Shown here piece after piece: positions 63,547-64,000 of a DNA stretch of 64,000 nt. The notes beneath the pieces were generated by a model. That model was not told where the DNA came from and did not search any database. It was given only the letters and a program-made list of their open reading frames with translations. Positions within the stretch are counted from its first letter, which is position 1, and each line of letters starts with the position of its first letter. The DNA comes from Candidatus Poribacteria bacterium (GTDB lineage Bacteria; Poribacteria; WGA-4E; PCPOR2b), in NCBI GenBank assembly GCA_965218095.1, contig OZ244587.1, positions 3,424,001 to 3,488,000 on the forward strand, given 5' to 3'. A program made the position numbers and the translations under genes.

Positions 63547-64000
63547 TTAGGCTTGTTCAGCCTCTTTTTTCTGATCGGCAATCGCCTGTAATACCGTCGT
63601 AATTTGACGGAGTGAACCATTCAAAACATTGACAAGTCCAGTTAATGGTGAACCTTGATGTAAAACGTTGACCAGGCCGGAAATCGGGGCTTTTAGGCCG
63701 CCAACGGCAAAAGCAATCAGTTCTTCCCTTGATGGCATATTGATCAGCTCATCAACGCTAGCCGCGTTGATGACCCTTTTACCAAGTATTCCACCCTTAA
63801 CTTTTAAATTTTCATGCTTATCGCTGAATGCTTTTAACATCTTTGCGGATGAAGCCGGATCACTACTCAATGCAACGGCTGTTGTTCCGTGAAGGTAAGG
63901 CTCTAAGCCTTCAATCTCCAGTTCCTGGGCGACAACATTTATGAGTTTGTTCTTGTAAACTTTATATTGGATCTCTGCTTCACGCAATTGATTCCGTAAC
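63547..64000 (-). CDS. rplJ: 50S ribosomal protein L10 (5' end outside window)
   Basis: KVYKNKL, G.TAVA, KGG, MPSREEL; upstream of rplL. Confidence 0.95.
   Translation of the reverse strand, partial: LRNQLREAEIQYKVYKNKLINVVAQELEIEGLEPYLHGTTAVALSSDPASSAKMLKAFSDKHENLKVKGGILGKRVINAASVDELINMPSREELIAFAVGGLKAPISGLVNVLHQGSPLTGLVNVLNGSLRQITTVLQAIADQKKEAEQA

Noticed and set aside
1-64000. cas genes
   Set aside because: No ORF shows Cas1, Cas2, Cas6 or Cas10 features; the subtype cannot be assigned from this window

Overview
Bacterial genomic window. The gene repertoire (internalin-like LRR + dockerin protein, many PhyH/Gfo-Idh-MocA/enolase-family enzymes) suggests Candidatus Poribacteria or a similar lineage; this is inference. 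Positions 73-11278 are one large CRISPR array of about 121 copies (hand count) of a 37-bp repeat, with no cas genes in the window. The main observation is at the trailer end of the array. Three consecutive 'spacers' of 213, 1909 and 233 bp sit between full-length repeats. Two of them are neatly bounded expression cassettes: an extended -10 box, an RBS and a complete 619-aa secreted LRR/TIM-barrel/dockerin gene; and an RBS with a 61-aa membrane protein gene. All three read in the array's transcription direction and are followed by ordinary spacers, two of which are minus-strand intrinsic terminators. The rest of the window holds housekeeping and catabolic genes (murA, purN, dacB, prpBC, argD, ispE-tRNA-Gln-rplY...pth, adk, rplJL), a degenerate EF-Tu paralog, a candidate ~220-nt structured ncRNA, two IS elements, MITEs and many gene remnants.
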